NCBI RefSeq assembly: GCF_000025505.1
Contig: NC_013849.1
Coordinates: forward strand, 540,001 to 572,000
Source: Ferroglobus placidus DSM 10642
GTDB lineage: Archaea > Halobacteriota > Archaeoglobi > Archaeoglobales > Archaeoglobaceae
Length of the DNA stretch: 32,000 nucleotides
Direction of reading: 5' to 3'
The notes beneath the pieces are model-generated. The model did not search any database and had not been told where the DNA came from. It saw nothing but the letters and a program-made list of their open reading frames with translations. Positions within the stretch are counted from its first letter, which is position 1. Each line of letters starts with the position of its first letter. This document shows positions 1-9,554 of the stretch, in pieces. A program made the translations under genes and the position numbers.

Positions 1-57
1 TCTTACTACATCTTCTGCAAACTCTTGTAGCAACTCTTTTTTTGCAAATCTGACAGA

Positions 58-831
58 TCATTTTTTGAGATCGAACATGATCTGCTCAGCCACCTTCCTT
101 CCGCTCAGAAGCATCCCTCCGAAAATCGGTCCCATTCTCGGTAAGCCGTAGACTGCTGAAACAGCCATTCCCGCCACGTACAAACCATCCACGACTTTTC
201 CCGTTTTTTCGACAACGAGCTTCTCAGAAAGCTCGCTGTAAGCTGATTTCTCTCCAGCCACGTATATCTCAAGCTCCGGGATTTTTCTCGCAGCGACGCT
301 CACAACTTCGGCATCGTGTCCAGTGGCATCGACAACAGCCTTGCTCTCTATCATGAGCGGATCAACGTGAAGTCCGGCTATTTGCACCGCACTCCACTGG
401 ACGAGAACTCCGGAAATTCTTAACGGCTCTGGGCGGTAGATTACGTCATCTACGGTAACTCCTAAAATTACTTTCGCTCCGCTGTCTATAGCTCCAGCAG
501 AAAGCTTCGCAAGCATTTCAGCAGCGTCTATCACGTAAAGTCCATCTTCGACTTCCCTCGTTTTTATCCCGAACTCCTCTGCTATTTCCTTAGCTTCTTT
601 CTCAACAACTATTTTGTGGAAGAGCATTCCTCCTCCGCCTATGCCTCCACCAAAGCTCAGCCTCCTTTCGAAGACGACGACGTCGAAGCCGAAGTCTGCT
701 AAGTAATGAGCGGCAGTCAGTCCTGCGGGTCCGGCGCCGACTACGACTACGTCGGTCTCGCTTATCTCCTCCCACTCCTTCGCAGCCTCTCTTACGATCA
801 CTCTCGTTATGTTTTTCTCGCTGAAGGGCAT
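58..831 (-). CDS. thi4: Sulfide-dependent-type thiazole synthase (Thi4 / ribose 1,5-bisphosphate isomerase family)
   Basis: 257 aa; FAD/NAD-binding [27 protein letters not shown]-terminal [29 protein letters not shown]; active-site region reads AGLHVDP (His at the position occupied by Cys in suicidal Thi4). Confidence 0.93.
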   Translation of the reverse strand: MPFSEKNITRVIVREAAKEWEEISETDVVVVGAGPAGLTAAHYLADFGFDVVVFERRLSFGGGIGGGGMLFHKIVVEKEAKEIAEEFGIKTREVEDGLYVIDAAEMLAKLSAGAIDSGAKVILGVTVDDVIYRPEPLRISGVLVQWSAVQIAGLHVDPLMIESKAVVDATGHDAEVVSVAARKIPELEIYVAGEKSAYSELSEKLVVEKTGKVVDGLYVAGMAVSAVYGLPRMGPIFGGMLLSGRKVAEQIMFDLKK

Positions 832-840
832 GTTGGGATT

Positions 841-1434
841 TTAGGAGATGAAGTATAAAACACTATTCGTTACGAAGTAAACTCCGAAAATTGCGAAAAT
901 CGAAGCGGAAAAAATTTCGAGCTTCCTTTTCAGTCCAGCGTATTTGCTCAAGCGATGCGAAGCAAAAGAAACAAATCCGAGCCAACCGAAGTCGGCTGAT
1001 TCGTGAACGAGAACGAAAAGAACCAATCCGATCGACCCGAACTCGTAGGAGAGCGATATCAAAGAGAAACCTACCGTTAGCCACCACATTATGAAGTAAG
1101 GATTAAGGGCGGTGAGAATTATCCCGGTCATCGTACCCCTAACCTTTCTCTCGCTATCAGTTTTGCTCTTAAACTCTTCGTAGGAGAGGTATAACAGGAA
1201 AAGTCCTCCTACTAGAGCGATAACTGCTTTTAAGTTCTCCGTTACGTGGAAACCTGCGAAATAGAGGGAAATTATTAGAGGTATTTCCACGATCGCGTGC
1301 CCAGCCGAGATTTTAAATCCAGAAAACGGATTCTTCAATCCCTCTGATAGCGTTGCGGCAAACAGCGGACCGGGAGAGAGAACGCCGCTCAAGGATATCG
1401 TGAATACCATCGCCAAGTATAGGGGAAAATCCAT
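841..1434 (-). CDS. LysE/RhtB-family membrane exporter
   Basis: 197 aa multi-TM protein; N-terminal SLSGVLSPGPLFAATLSEGLKNPFSGFKISAGHAIVE and NPYFIMWWLTVG motifs typical of the LysE family. Confidence 0.82.
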   Translation of the reverse strand: MDFPLYLAMVFTISLSGVLSPGPLFAATLSEGLKNPFSGFKISAGHAIVEIPLIISLYFAGFHVTENLKAVIALVGGLFLLYLSYEEFKSKTDSERKVRGTMTGIILTALNPYFIMWWLTVGFSLISLSYEFGSIGLVLFVLVHESADFGWLGFVSFASHRLSKYAGLKRKLEIFSASIFAIFGVYFVTNSVLYFIS

Positions 1435-1484
1435 GAAATGTTGGGAAAGCTAAAACTTTAAAATCGTTTTCTTAACAATTCTTC

Positions 1485-1691
1485 ATGGACAGTCTGTTTA
1501 AAAAGAAGCTGGACAGACTTGTGGAAATAATTGAGGAGGACGACTTGCCATTCAAATCGAAGGATTTCAAGCTCGGCTTGCTTTACGGCTACTACTGGGC
1601 GTTCATAGAGCTATTCTTCTCGAGAAAGCCAAACGAGGAGGAGAAGAGGGATTTTGTGAAGTACATCGAAAATCTGAAGTTTAAAGCCTGA
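1485..1691 (+). CDS. Small conserved-type hypothetical protein
   Basis: 68 aa ORF filling the gap between lysE-like and hef; charged, globular composition, no competing gene on either strand in the gap. Confidence 0.55.
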   Translation: MDSLFKKKLDRLVEIIEEDDLPFKSKDFKLGLLYGYYWAFIELFFSRKPNEEEKRDFVKYIENLKFKA

Positions 1692-1694
1692 TTT

Positions 1695-3980
1695 CTAATT
1701 TTTAGCTTCGTCGAAGCTGTTAATTTGGTCACTTTCCTCTTCGATAAAGATTTTGTCAGCCTCGTCGTACTTTGTCGACATGAGCTTTCTTATTCTTTCC
1801 GCCGTTTTTCTTCCCACGTTTTTTACTTTCATCAACTCTTCGACGCTCGCCGTCGCTATTCTCTCTATCGTCTGAAATTCTTTGAGCAGATTCTTCGCTA
1901 TAACCGGTCCTACGTTTGAGATCGCTGAAACTATGTACTCCATCTCGTCTTTGAGCGTTCTCTTGCTCTTCCCGGAATGTAAAGCTACCGGTCTTTCCCT
2001 GTACTCTTGCTCCCTCCTCGCTATCGTCAAAAGAAGCTCGGCAGTATCGCTTTCATTTGCCGAAAACAAAATTGGAACTCCTATGTCAACGGCTATAGCT
2101 GATAAAGCTCCTCTCACCGCGTTGGGATTCACGTTTCTCTTCGTGTATAGACCATTGCCCTCTATTATCAGCAGCGCTTTGGGATAGGCTTTTTTCAAAT
2201 TGATAAGATTTCCGAAGAGGTCTCTCTCCTTGTTTATCAGGCTTTCAAGGAAATCTTCTACGGTTTTTCTTTCAACAGCAACTCTGTCGCTAAGAACGTA
2301 GTCGCCAACGTCGAGTTTTTCAACTTTAACCTTGGCTCCGAGCTCTATCAACTTTTTCACTACACCGCTCTTCATTTCTCTGGAGTCGACGTAGATTAGT
2401 GGAGAGGCTATGAAGTCGAGGAGAGTTTTCGTCTCAGCCTTTTCCAACCTTTCTTTTTCAATTTCCTTTTCGAGCTCGTACTTTATGCGGTAAACGGTGT
2501 CGTACATGAGTTTCTCCTTTCTAAGACTTGCGTAGTAGTAAGCTTCGTCCCTCGTTCCTTTCGTTATAAGTACGACTATTCTCCCCTCTCTCCCTCTGCC
2601 GGTTCTTCCTTTTCGCTGTATCGCTCTTATCTCTGAAGGAACGGCTTCGTAGAAAACGACAAGATCTGTCTCCGGAATGTCCAGCCCTTCCTCTCCGACG
2701 CTCGTGGCTATTAGAACTTTCACATCTCCTCTCCTGAACATCTCAAGAACTCTCAGCTGCTCTTTTTGACTCATTCCAGCATCTTCCTCCCTTTTAGCCT
2801 GCCCTATGAACTTCGAAGCCGGAAACTTCTGGGAGACGATTTTCAGGAGCTTTTCCGCCGTGTCTCTGAAATTCGTGAAAACTATAACTCTCGAATCCGG
2901 ATTTTTCTCGAATTGCTCCTCGAGGATTTCCATGAGCTTGTTAACTTTCGGATGTTCGTCTTTTATTTTTGCTATTCTTACAATTCCTTCTCTGAAAACC
3001 GGATCTTCGAGTAGGTTCTTAGCTGCTTTACTTCCTCTGCTCCTCCCCTCTTTCAGCAACCTCTTCAAGTATTTTTTCGCCGCCTCGACACCCTGAGTTT
3101 CTATCAGCTCCACCGCATGGTAAACTTTCAGCACTTCGGCAAGAATTGAAGAAGCTTCGTAGTAAACCTGATCTCCGCTTTCGACAGCTTGAGCCTGAAC
3201 GAGCTCTTGTAAAGTTAGAAGCTCTTTTTTCGAAGAAAAATCCACGTCGAAGCCGAGTCTTTCGAGCCTCTTCAACCTGATTTCTATAACTTTTTCGAAA
3301 GCTTCTTTCGCCTTTTCGAGCTCTTCCGGCATGTCGACTTTTACCCACTCGATTTTCTTCTCCGCTATGTACTTCCTAACATCGGGATCGTACTCAGTTC
3401 GTATCTCTATGTTTTCTATGAAGAGATTCTTCACAACCTCTTTTATCCTCTCCGGGTCGCTTCCGGGGGAAGCTGTAATCGCGAGTATCAGCGGATTTTT
3501 ACTTTCTTCAACAAACCTTCTGGCTATGAAAACGTAGGAGTAATTTCCAACAGCCCTGTGAGCTTCATCGAATACCGCAAGCACGAAATCGCTGAGGGTG
3601 AGCCTTCCAGATATTATGTCGTTTTCGATAACTTGCGGAGTCGAAACGATTACTCTCGCTTTCTCGTACATTCTTTGTCTCTTCTCCGGAGGAATTTCTC
3701 CCGTGAAAGAGACGATCTCTTCTTCGTTTATGTTGAGGGTTCTTTTCAGAAAGAAAGCGTGCTGCTCGACGAGGGGTTTTGTTGGAGCTAAAAAGAGCAC
3801 TTTCCCGTCAAGTTTGTGGAGCCTCGAAGCTATAACGAGCAAAGCCACTACGGTTTTTCCCAAACCGGTAGGTAAAACTACGAGGGTGTTCTTTAACAAA
3901 GCTGATGCTGCTAAAGCTAACTGATAGCTTCTTCTTTCCACCGCTCTCGGCTTTACGAGGGGGTGCGAAACGAACTCCAT
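1695..3980 (-). CDS. hef: Hef: SF2 helicase fused to XPF/ERCC4-family nuclease and HhH domain
   Basis: 761 aa; Walker A PTGLGKTVVA, DEAH box (VFDEAHRAVGNY), motif VI QRKGRTGRG, nuclease GDYVLSD...VERKTVEDF, C-terminal tandem HhH (VGPVIAKNLLKEF...VKNVGRKTAERIRKL). Confidence 0.97.
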   Translation of the reverse strand: MEFVSHPLVKPRAVERRSYQLALAASALLKNTLVVLPTGLGKTVVALLVIASRLHKLDGKVLFLAPTKPLVEQHAFFLKRTLNINEEEIVSFTGEIPPEKRQRMYEKARVIVSTPQVIENDIISGRLTLSDFVLAVFDEAHRAVGNYSYVFIARRFVEESKNPLILAITASPGSDPERIKEVVKNLFIENIEIRTEYDPDVRKYIAEKKIEWVKVDMPEELEKAKEAFEKVIEIRLKRLERLGFDVDFSSKKELLTLQELVQAQAVESGDQVYYEASSILAEVLKVYHAVELIETQGVEAAKKYLKRLLKEGRSRGSKAAKNLLEDPVFREGIVRIAKIKDEHPKVNKLMEILEEQFEKNPDSRVIVFTNFRDTAEKLLKIVSQKFPASKFIGQAKREEDAGMSQKEQLRVLEMFRRGDVKVLIATSVGEEGLDIPETDLVVFYEAVPSEIRAIQRKGRTGRGREGRIVVLITKGTRDEAYYYASLRKEKLMYDTVYRIKYELEKEIEKERLEKAETKTLLDFIASPLIYVDSREMKSGVVKKLIELGAKVKVEKLDVGDYVLSDRVAVERKTVEDFLESLINKERDLFGNLINLKKAYPKALLIIEGNGLYTKRNVNPNAVRGALSAIAVDIGVPILFSANESDTAELLLTIARREQEYRERPVALHSGKSKRTLKDEMEYIVSAISNVGPVIAKNLLKEFQTIERIATASVEELMKVKNVGRKTAERIRKLMSTKYDEADKIFIEEESDQINSFDEAKN

Positions 3981-4019
3981 CTAAGCATCAAATTTTCTTT
4001 AGCTTAAAAAAACGTGTCG

Positions 4020-4841
4020 CTAAAGTTCGACGTCGTAGAGCTTTTCGATGTTTTCCTTGCAAATCTTGTTCACGAAATCCTCATCGTAACCGAGTTTGAG
4101 CAGCTCTTTGATTTTCCTCGGCACGGTTCTTGGACCTAAAACAGCTCCTGGTCTACTTCTGTCGTCTATGTAGTCAGATTCGACGACGAATCTATCTCCA
4201 AGCTCCGCCGCTTTTTTTACGTTGTCTCCCATAGCTATTACCGAGGGGAAGATGCCTATCTCCTCGAATTCTTTTACTGCCGGAGGTGCGAAGTGTCTGA
4301 TCACCTTCTCCCTCTTCAATCCAACTTTTTTCGCCATTTCCGCAACTTCCATCATCCCCTCTTTCGTGTAGCTTTCCATGTGAAGCTGAACTGCACAGCC
4401 GACATCTTTTGCTACTTCGAAAGCGAAAGTCATGACTTCGTTGCTACTCTTCCAGACGTAATCGCTCACCTCGTAGTGCGGTCTTCCGGACTTTATAGCC
4501 ACAGCCTTCCCTTCCTCAACGAACTTTCCGGCTATTTCCAACGCTTCTTTCATGATTTCGACGGCTCTATCTACTCCCCACTTTTGAGAGAGTATCGTTA
4601 TCTCAGCAGGATGAACGGCTAAAACAGCGTAAGCTTTCACGATCTCGTTAGCCTTCTCCACAAGTTTTACGTGCTCCTCGAAAATCTGAACAAAGTCTTT
4701 TCCCGAAGAAGGTAAAATTCCGTAGTGAGAGCTGAGCAACGAAACGAGAAAAACGTGCGTTCCTCCAGCTTTTTTAAACTCCTTCAAAGCCTTCAGCCTG
4801 AGGTGGTTGTAGAGGTGCATGTGGTTGTCCGTTATCACCAT
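4020..4841 (-). CDS. TatD-like metal-dependent hydrolase
   Basis: 273 aa; N-terminal DNHMH metal motif, internal ESYTKEGM, IRHFAP, SDYIDDRSRPGAVLGPRTV; amidohydrolase-like TIM-barrel layout. Confidence 0.8.
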   Translation of the reverse strand: MVITDNHMHLYNHLRLKALKEFKKAGGTHVFLVSLLSSHYGILPSSGKDFVQIFEEHVKLVEKANEIVKAYAVLAVHPAEITILSQKWGVDRAVEIMKEALEIAGKFVEEGKAVAIKSGRPHYEVSDYVWKSSNEVMTFAFEVAKDVGCAVQLHMESYTKEGMMEVAEMAKKVGLKREKVIRHFAPPAVKEFEEIGIFPSVIAMGDNVKKAAELGDRFVVESDYIDDRSRPGAVLGPRTVPRKIKELLKLGYDEDFVNKICKENIEKLYDVEL

Positions 4842-5140
4842 GCTCGAAAATGAAGTTGGGCTGTATTTATACTCGACTAATTTCTAATTTGATGCGATTA
4901 CCCTTTGGCTATGCTAAGCGAAAGAAAAAAATTTTGCAGAGACTTCGGAAAAGCATACTTTTGCAAGTAAGCGTTGATATGTTATTCAGATTGGGTAACC
5001 GATTAAACAGATTTCCGATCCAGATTAGATTGGTTACAAAAGAAAATTTTATTTTTATTAGTTTATTTAATAAAATTAGCTTTTATAATTTGTATTTTCT
5101 CATCATTATCATCATAATACGAAAATTTTAAGTATTTAAA

Positions 5141-7570
5141 ATGTCAAAACGGTATATTATGCTGGCAGGGAGAGTATTGCTCTCCCTACTAGCACTATTG
5201 ATATTAGTGGGCACAGCCTTAGGAGAAGAGCCAACAAAGAACAACGTTTCAATCAACACGACACCAGATCTCTGGTTGAGCAATGGAATTATAGGCATAG
5301 ACTTTCATTCGTGGGGATCAGACAATTTTCAGTATCCTTTGGGTTCGAACAACCTGTGGTATGGGGGAGGAATAAGATTTGCAATAAGATATGATGGGGT
5401 GTTTAAGTGGAGCCATAATGGCTGGCTACCATCAGCTCCAGCGCTTTCAGTTGTAGAATCCATGCATCTTGTAGATGATACGCCTGAAAAGAAGGTTGCA
5501 GTTGGAGTTGTTGCCGATGCTAATATAGAAATTAAAACAGAAGTTACGCTTCTCAAAGATAAAAAATGGGTTGCGGTGATTTACACGATTAAAAACAAAG
5601 CGAATCAGTCGCTTTCTGTTAAGTTCTACCAAGGGGCAGACTTTGATGTCTATCATATGTCATTTTGGAACGATGCCGGAAAATATGATCCAGAGCTAAA
5701 CCTTCTATATCAGTGGGATACCAGAGGCCATCCATACGTTGGAATCGCATCACCGCTGAAGCCCACGAAGTACGACGTAACCTATTGGTGGAGTATGTGG
5801 AACAGGATAAGAAGTGACTCGCTGGCGAACGGCACGAGCTATAGCGGAGATGTTGGTGTTGCATTTGAGTGGGACCTCGGAACACTTCATCCCGGAGAGG
5901 AGAGGGTTATTCCGGTGATAATAGCAGCTGGCTCGAGTTTGGAAGAACTCAAAAGTGAGGTCGCGGAAGGGTTGAACTTCTTGGCTCCCAAACCGTATAT
6001 CGAATGGGTTAAAGTAGTTCCGGAAACTCCTGAAATGCTCGAAGAGTATACTATTCTCGCAAGCGTTAGGAATCCGAGCGATAAGCCAGTAACTGTGACG
6101 TTGTGGTGCAACGAAACTGGATTGCTCGTTGAATACGACGACCAGCTTTTGATTCCTCCAGCCAATAAGAGTCAGACCTTGACGATTCCACCTCACAGCA
6201 ATGTAACTTTCAGCTTCAAGTACAAGCACTACTGGAGGTGGTTGAAGCCTTTTGAAATTATTACGGGAAGTGATATAAATACTGTGAAAGAAATTCTGAA
6301 ATTAGTACCAAACGAGAAAATACCAGAAATTATCCGTTCATCGCTAAAAATTTGGGAGATAGTTGAATATGCCACACTTACAGGAGCAAAACCAACAATA
6401 ACCTATCACTATAACTTGCGATCAAACGAAGTATTGAATTCACAAAACATAAGCACCAGAGTAGTAGTTCCATTAGTAAAAATCGATTCCCTTATATATT
6501 CTATAGGAATCGGAGTAATAAGTGGAACATTTACAGGAGTTGGGTTATCAGGAATTTTCGCACCAGAACCAACAACAACGGCCATCGGAGGAATTCTTTT
6601 AATTGGTGAAGGTCTCACATCTTTACTTGTTAAAGAGGGAATTAAAATAGCAACCGATCCAGACTCAGACTACACACAACCAGTTGTCCTCGAACCGATA
6701 ACAATCCCTGAACTCGATGAATATCCTGACAACCCCGTCAAAGATATGGTTAAACAGTACACTTTACTCGCATCCGAAGCGAAAGCTTTCAGCGAAGCGT
6801 GGGCTAAATACCTTGGAGCTAAAATGGTGAAGGACACGGAATGGGAGAGAAGACAGCTCGTATCAGCTTACTACTACCTGAATCTTTTAGTGAACGATTA
6901 CGCTGTTTTAAAAGAAAAAGCTGAAGTGGCAATAGATTACCTGCAATCGATGGGGTTGAATATAACTGAAGAAGATGTAAGTTACGTAAAGAAAAACATA
7001 ACAGAGAACGGATTACCAGAGATAGAGGTGGAACTACTGAAAAAATTCGGATTAAGCAACGAAGAAATCAACGCAGCCAAGGATATAGTTTTAATGCTAC
7101 CGAACGAAACAATCATCAACTACAATGAAACAATTTTAGGAGGGATGGAAGTTCAGCAAACTGTCCTGGGCTGGATTGCAAATAACTTAACGACAGAGAT
7201 AAACGAAGTTGGATTTGTAAACGCAACCGTAGATGTAGACCCAGACACGATAAATCTGAAGTCAAAAGGCAAATGGATAACAGCGTACATCGAAATACCG
7301 GGCTATGATGTAAGCAAGATAAACATCTCTACAGTTTACCTGAACGGAATAATACCAGCTATAAACGATCCAAAGTACGGATTTGTGAGAAACCCTGAGA
7401 TCAAGGATAGAGATGGAAATGGCTATCCAGAGCTGATGGTCAAATTCGACAGGCAAGAAGTCAAGAGGGTGCTGAGGGGAGGAAACGTTACACTGTTCGT
7501 GATTGGAGAGATTGATGACAAGTTCTTTGTCGGAAATGGTGAGATAAGGGTCATGCTGGGGTGTTGCTGA
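5141..7570 (+). CDS. Large secreted/cell-surface protein with C-terminal DPDTINLKSKGKWITAYIEIPGYDVSKIN... module (copy 1 of 4)
   Basis: 809 aa; N-terminal hydrophobic signal segment (ILLSLLALLILVGTALGEEP), long extracytoplasmic region, C-terminal module 7220-7570 containing an acidic DRDGNGYPE loop. Confidence 0.88.
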   Translation: MSKRYIMLAGRVLLSLLALLILVGTALGEEPTKNNVSINTTPDLWLSNGIIGIDFHSWGSDNFQYPLGSNNLWYGGGIRFAIRYDGVFKWSHNGWLPSAPALSVVESMHLVDDTPEKKVAVGVVADANIEIKTEVTLLKDKKWVAVIYTIKNKANQSLSVKFYQGADFDVYHMSFWNDAGKYDPELNLLYQWDTRGHPYVGIASPLKPTKYDVTYWWSMWNRIRSDSLANGTSYSGDVGVAFEWDLGTLHPGEERVIPVIIAAGSSLEELKSEVAEGLNFLAPKPYIEWVKVVPETPEMLEEYTILASVRNPSDKPVTVTLWCNETGLLVEYDDQLLIPPANKSQTLTIPPHSNVTFSFKYKHYWRWLKPFEIITGSDINTVKEILKLVPNEKIPEIIRSSLKIWEIVEYATLTGAKPTITYHYNLRSNEVLNSQNISTRVVVPLVKIDSLIYSIGIGVISGTFTGVGLSGIFAPEPTTTAIGGILLIGEGLTSLLVKEGIKIATDPDSDYTQPVVLEPITIPELDEYPDNPVKDMVKQYTLLASEAKAFSEAWAKYLGAKMVKDTEWERRQLVSAYYYLNLLVNDYAVLKEKAEVAIDYLQSMGLNITEEDVSYVKKNITENGLPEIEVELLKKFGLSNEEINAAKDIVLMLPNETIINYNETILGGMEVQQTVLGWIANNLTTEINEVGFVNATVDVDPDTINLKSKGKWITAYIEIPGYDVSKINISTVYLNGIIPAINDPKYGFVRNPEIKDRDGNGYPELMVKFDRQEVKRVLRGGNVTLFVIGEIDDKFFVGNGEIRVMLGCC

Positions 7571-7851
7571 TGAAGACCTTTTTTATTTTTATCGCAACAG
7601 TAGTAGCTCTGATATTTATGGTCTACAGCCTCGGTAGTTTTATAGATACCCTATTACGAAATCCTGAATCTCTTTCTCTATCTTCTTTCGCAACCACGAT
7701 TTTCTGGATTGCTGTTTGGGCATATATGAATAAATATTTACTCGAATATAGAGGGATTAAAGTAAAAACTAGAATATTTTTATTGGGTATATTATTAGTT
7801 CTAGCGACGTTTATAGGAGCTCAAATAGTAATATCTATCTTTGCAAGTTGA
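7570..7851 (+). CDS. Small multi-TM membrane protein (partner after module copy 1)
   Basis: Open frame from the ORF at 7561; probable ATG at 7570-7572 overlaps the TGA of the upstream gene (TGATG). About 93 aa with three hydrophobic stretches. Confidence 0.75.
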   Translation: MKTFFIFIATVVALIFMVYSLGSFIDTLLRNPESLSLSSFATTIFWIAVWAYMNKYLLEYRGIKVKTRIFLLGILLVLATFIGAQIVISIFAS

Positions 7852-7974
7852 AGTAGTGGTACCTCGCTATGTAGGTTACGGAAGGAGATAATAATATCAT
7901 ATAACAAAAAATTTATTATAAAGTAGTATAATCTATTACAGCACATAATACTCGTCTTAACAGAATTTGTAACG

Positions 7975-8565
7975 ATGAACGAGATCGTTATAGAAGTTGT
8001 TAATATACCTAAATTTCTTGATGAGTTTATCAATTACGCGAGGAAATTGGGTTACAGCGACGAAGATATCGCCAACTTCACGAACATGCTCATCGCCGTG
8101 AACGACTCGCTCGTAATCAACTACGATAAAACGATCCCGAGTCTGTTCAACCACACAAACTATTTCGTCAACCAAGTGGTGGAGACGTTAAATAGAGATA
8201 CATCTAAGTTCATTACTGTGAACGCAACCGTAGATGTAGACCCAGACACGATAAATCTGAAGTCAAAAGGCAAATGGATAACAGCGTACATCGAAATACC
8301 GGGCTATGATGTAAGCAAGATAAACATCTCTACAGTTTACCTGAACGGAATAATACCAGCTATAAACGATCCAAAGTACGGATTTGTGAGAAACCCTGAG
8401 ATCAAGGATAGAGATGGAAATGGCTATCCAGAGATGACGGTTAAGTTTGATAAAAGTAAATTAAAGAAGATACTCAGGCACGGAAATGTCACACTCTTCG
8501 TCATAGGTGAAGTGGATGGCATATACTTCATTGGGGATGATGTGGTTAGAGTATTGCAGGGGTAA
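7975..8565 (+). CDS. Module-containing protein without obvious signal peptide (module copy 2)
   Basis: 196 aa; residues after about 82 match the C-terminus of the 809-aa protein. The N-terminal part resembles the module-proximal linker of that protein (GYSDEDI..VINYDKTI vs GLSNEEI..IINYNETI). Confidence 0.8.
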   Translation: MNEIVIEVVNIPKFLDEFINYARKLGYSDEDIANFTNMLIAVNDSLVINYDKTIPSLFNHTNYFVNQVVETLNRDTSKFITVNATVDVDPDTINLKSKGKWITAYIEIPGYDVSKINISTVYLNGIIPAINDPKYGFVRNPEIKDRDGNGYPEMTVKFDKSKLKKILRHGNVTLFVIGEVDGIYFIGDDVVRVLQG

Positions 8566-8570
8566 TTGCT

Positions 8571-9149
8571 ATGACTGATAGAGAAAAATTCGTGCTTTTA
8601 CAATTCTTTCAATTTTTAATAGTGTGTGCTTTAGCACTGGTGTATGCAGTGACGCATCCCTACGAGTACAGAATTGTCTGGACAGTACCATTAATGACAT
8701 CCATTCTTTCGATTATGGTTCGTATAATTCTTCAAGAATATGTATTTGAACTTCGCGATGAGCGTGGGAGACCGACATCAAGCTGGAACAAATGGCTTTG
8801 GGAGACTGGAACTAAGTACAAGTACTATAAAGTTAGAGATTTTCCAAGCTGGTTTATGCCTTTGCACATAGCAGGATTCATGTTTTTAAGCGCTTTTTAC
8901 TGTTTAGCTATTCCAACTATCATAACTGGCAAATTCATATTCCTCGAGCCAGAATATGCCCATCTTTCAATACCAATTGTAATCTACTACCACTTTGTAA
9001 CAGATTTTGAAGGCTGGAAGAGGTTGTTAAAAGATTATAAAACATTTTACTGCCACATCGCCTATACCACAGCTGGTGCAGTATTCTGGTACCTTTTGAT
9101 GGCAATAGGAGTTTTTCCTAAGCCTTTCGATCTTATGCAACAGTATTAA
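8571..9149 (+). CDS. Multi-TM membrane protein, family b
   Basis: 192 aa; paralog of the 9551-10135 ORF, sharing EYAHLSIPIVI.YHFV.DFEGWKR. Confidence 0.88.
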   Translation: MTDREKFVLLQFFQFLIVCALALVYAVTHPYEYRIVWTVPLMTSILSIMVRIILQEYVFELRDERGRPTSSWNKWLWETGTKYKYYKVRDFPSWFMPLHIAGFMFLSAFYCLAIPTIITGKFIFLEPEYAHLSIPIVIYYHFVTDFEGWKRLLKDYKTFYCHIAYTTAGAVFWYLLMAIGVFPKPFDLMQQY

Positions 9150-9189
9150 AAGCTGAAACTATTGAAAGAGATTTAGAGGTGAAAGAAAA

Positions 9190-9554
9190 TTGGGTATCCA
9201 CGAGCTCGTCACAGTGAACGCAAGCGTAGATATAGACCCAGACACGATAAATCTGAAGTCAAAAGGCAAATGGATAACAGCTTGGATAGAAATACCGAGT
9301 TACGACGTTAGTAAGATAAACATCTCCTCAGTTTACTTAAATGGTATTGTTCAAGCAGAAAACAATCCCAAATATGGATTTGTCAGGCATCCAAAGATCG
9401 AGGACATAGATGGAGATGGCTATCCAAGCTTATGGTCAAGTTCGATAGACAGAAGGTCAAGAAGGCGTTAAGAGAAGGAAAAGTTACAATGTTCGTTATC
9501 GGAAAGATCGATGGTAAATACTTTGTTGGCAAAGATTTGGTGAGGATAATATGA
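9190..9554 (+). pseudogene. Module copy 3, interrupted by a 1-nt frameshift
   Basis: Frame 9190-9471 gives TVNASVDIDPDTINLKSKGKWITAWIEIPSYDVSKINISSVYLNGIVQAENNPKYGFVRHPKIEDIDGDGYPS then diverges. The other frame continues LMVKFDRQKVKKALREGKVTMFVIGKIDGKYFVGKDLVRII and stops at 9552-9554. Copies 1, 2 and 4 have ccagag or ccagaa where copy 3 has ccaag. Confidence 0.85.

Noticed and set aside
1-57. Possible N-terminus of another minus-strand gene downstream of thi4 (VRFAKKELLQEFAEDVVR)
   Set aside because: Only 18-19 codons visible and no start codon identifiable; cannot be supported from the window.
863-1094. Overlapping Arg/Lys/Ser-rich ORFs (863-1087 and 891-1094) opposite or out of frame with the LysE-like gene
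   Set aside because: Low-complexity, basic out-of-frame translations of a membrane protein gene.
1725-3924. Plus-strand ORFs of 64-108 aa antisense to hef
   Set aside because: Antisense shadows of a full-length conserved helicase-nuclease; no independent support.
4850-5131. 93-aa plus-strand ORF in the AT-rich gap before the surface-protein gene
   Set aside because: Composition is biased to low-complexity I/K/F/L from AT-rich sequence (FLIIIIIIIRKF) with no recognisable domain. More likely the promoter/intergenic region of the 5141 gene.
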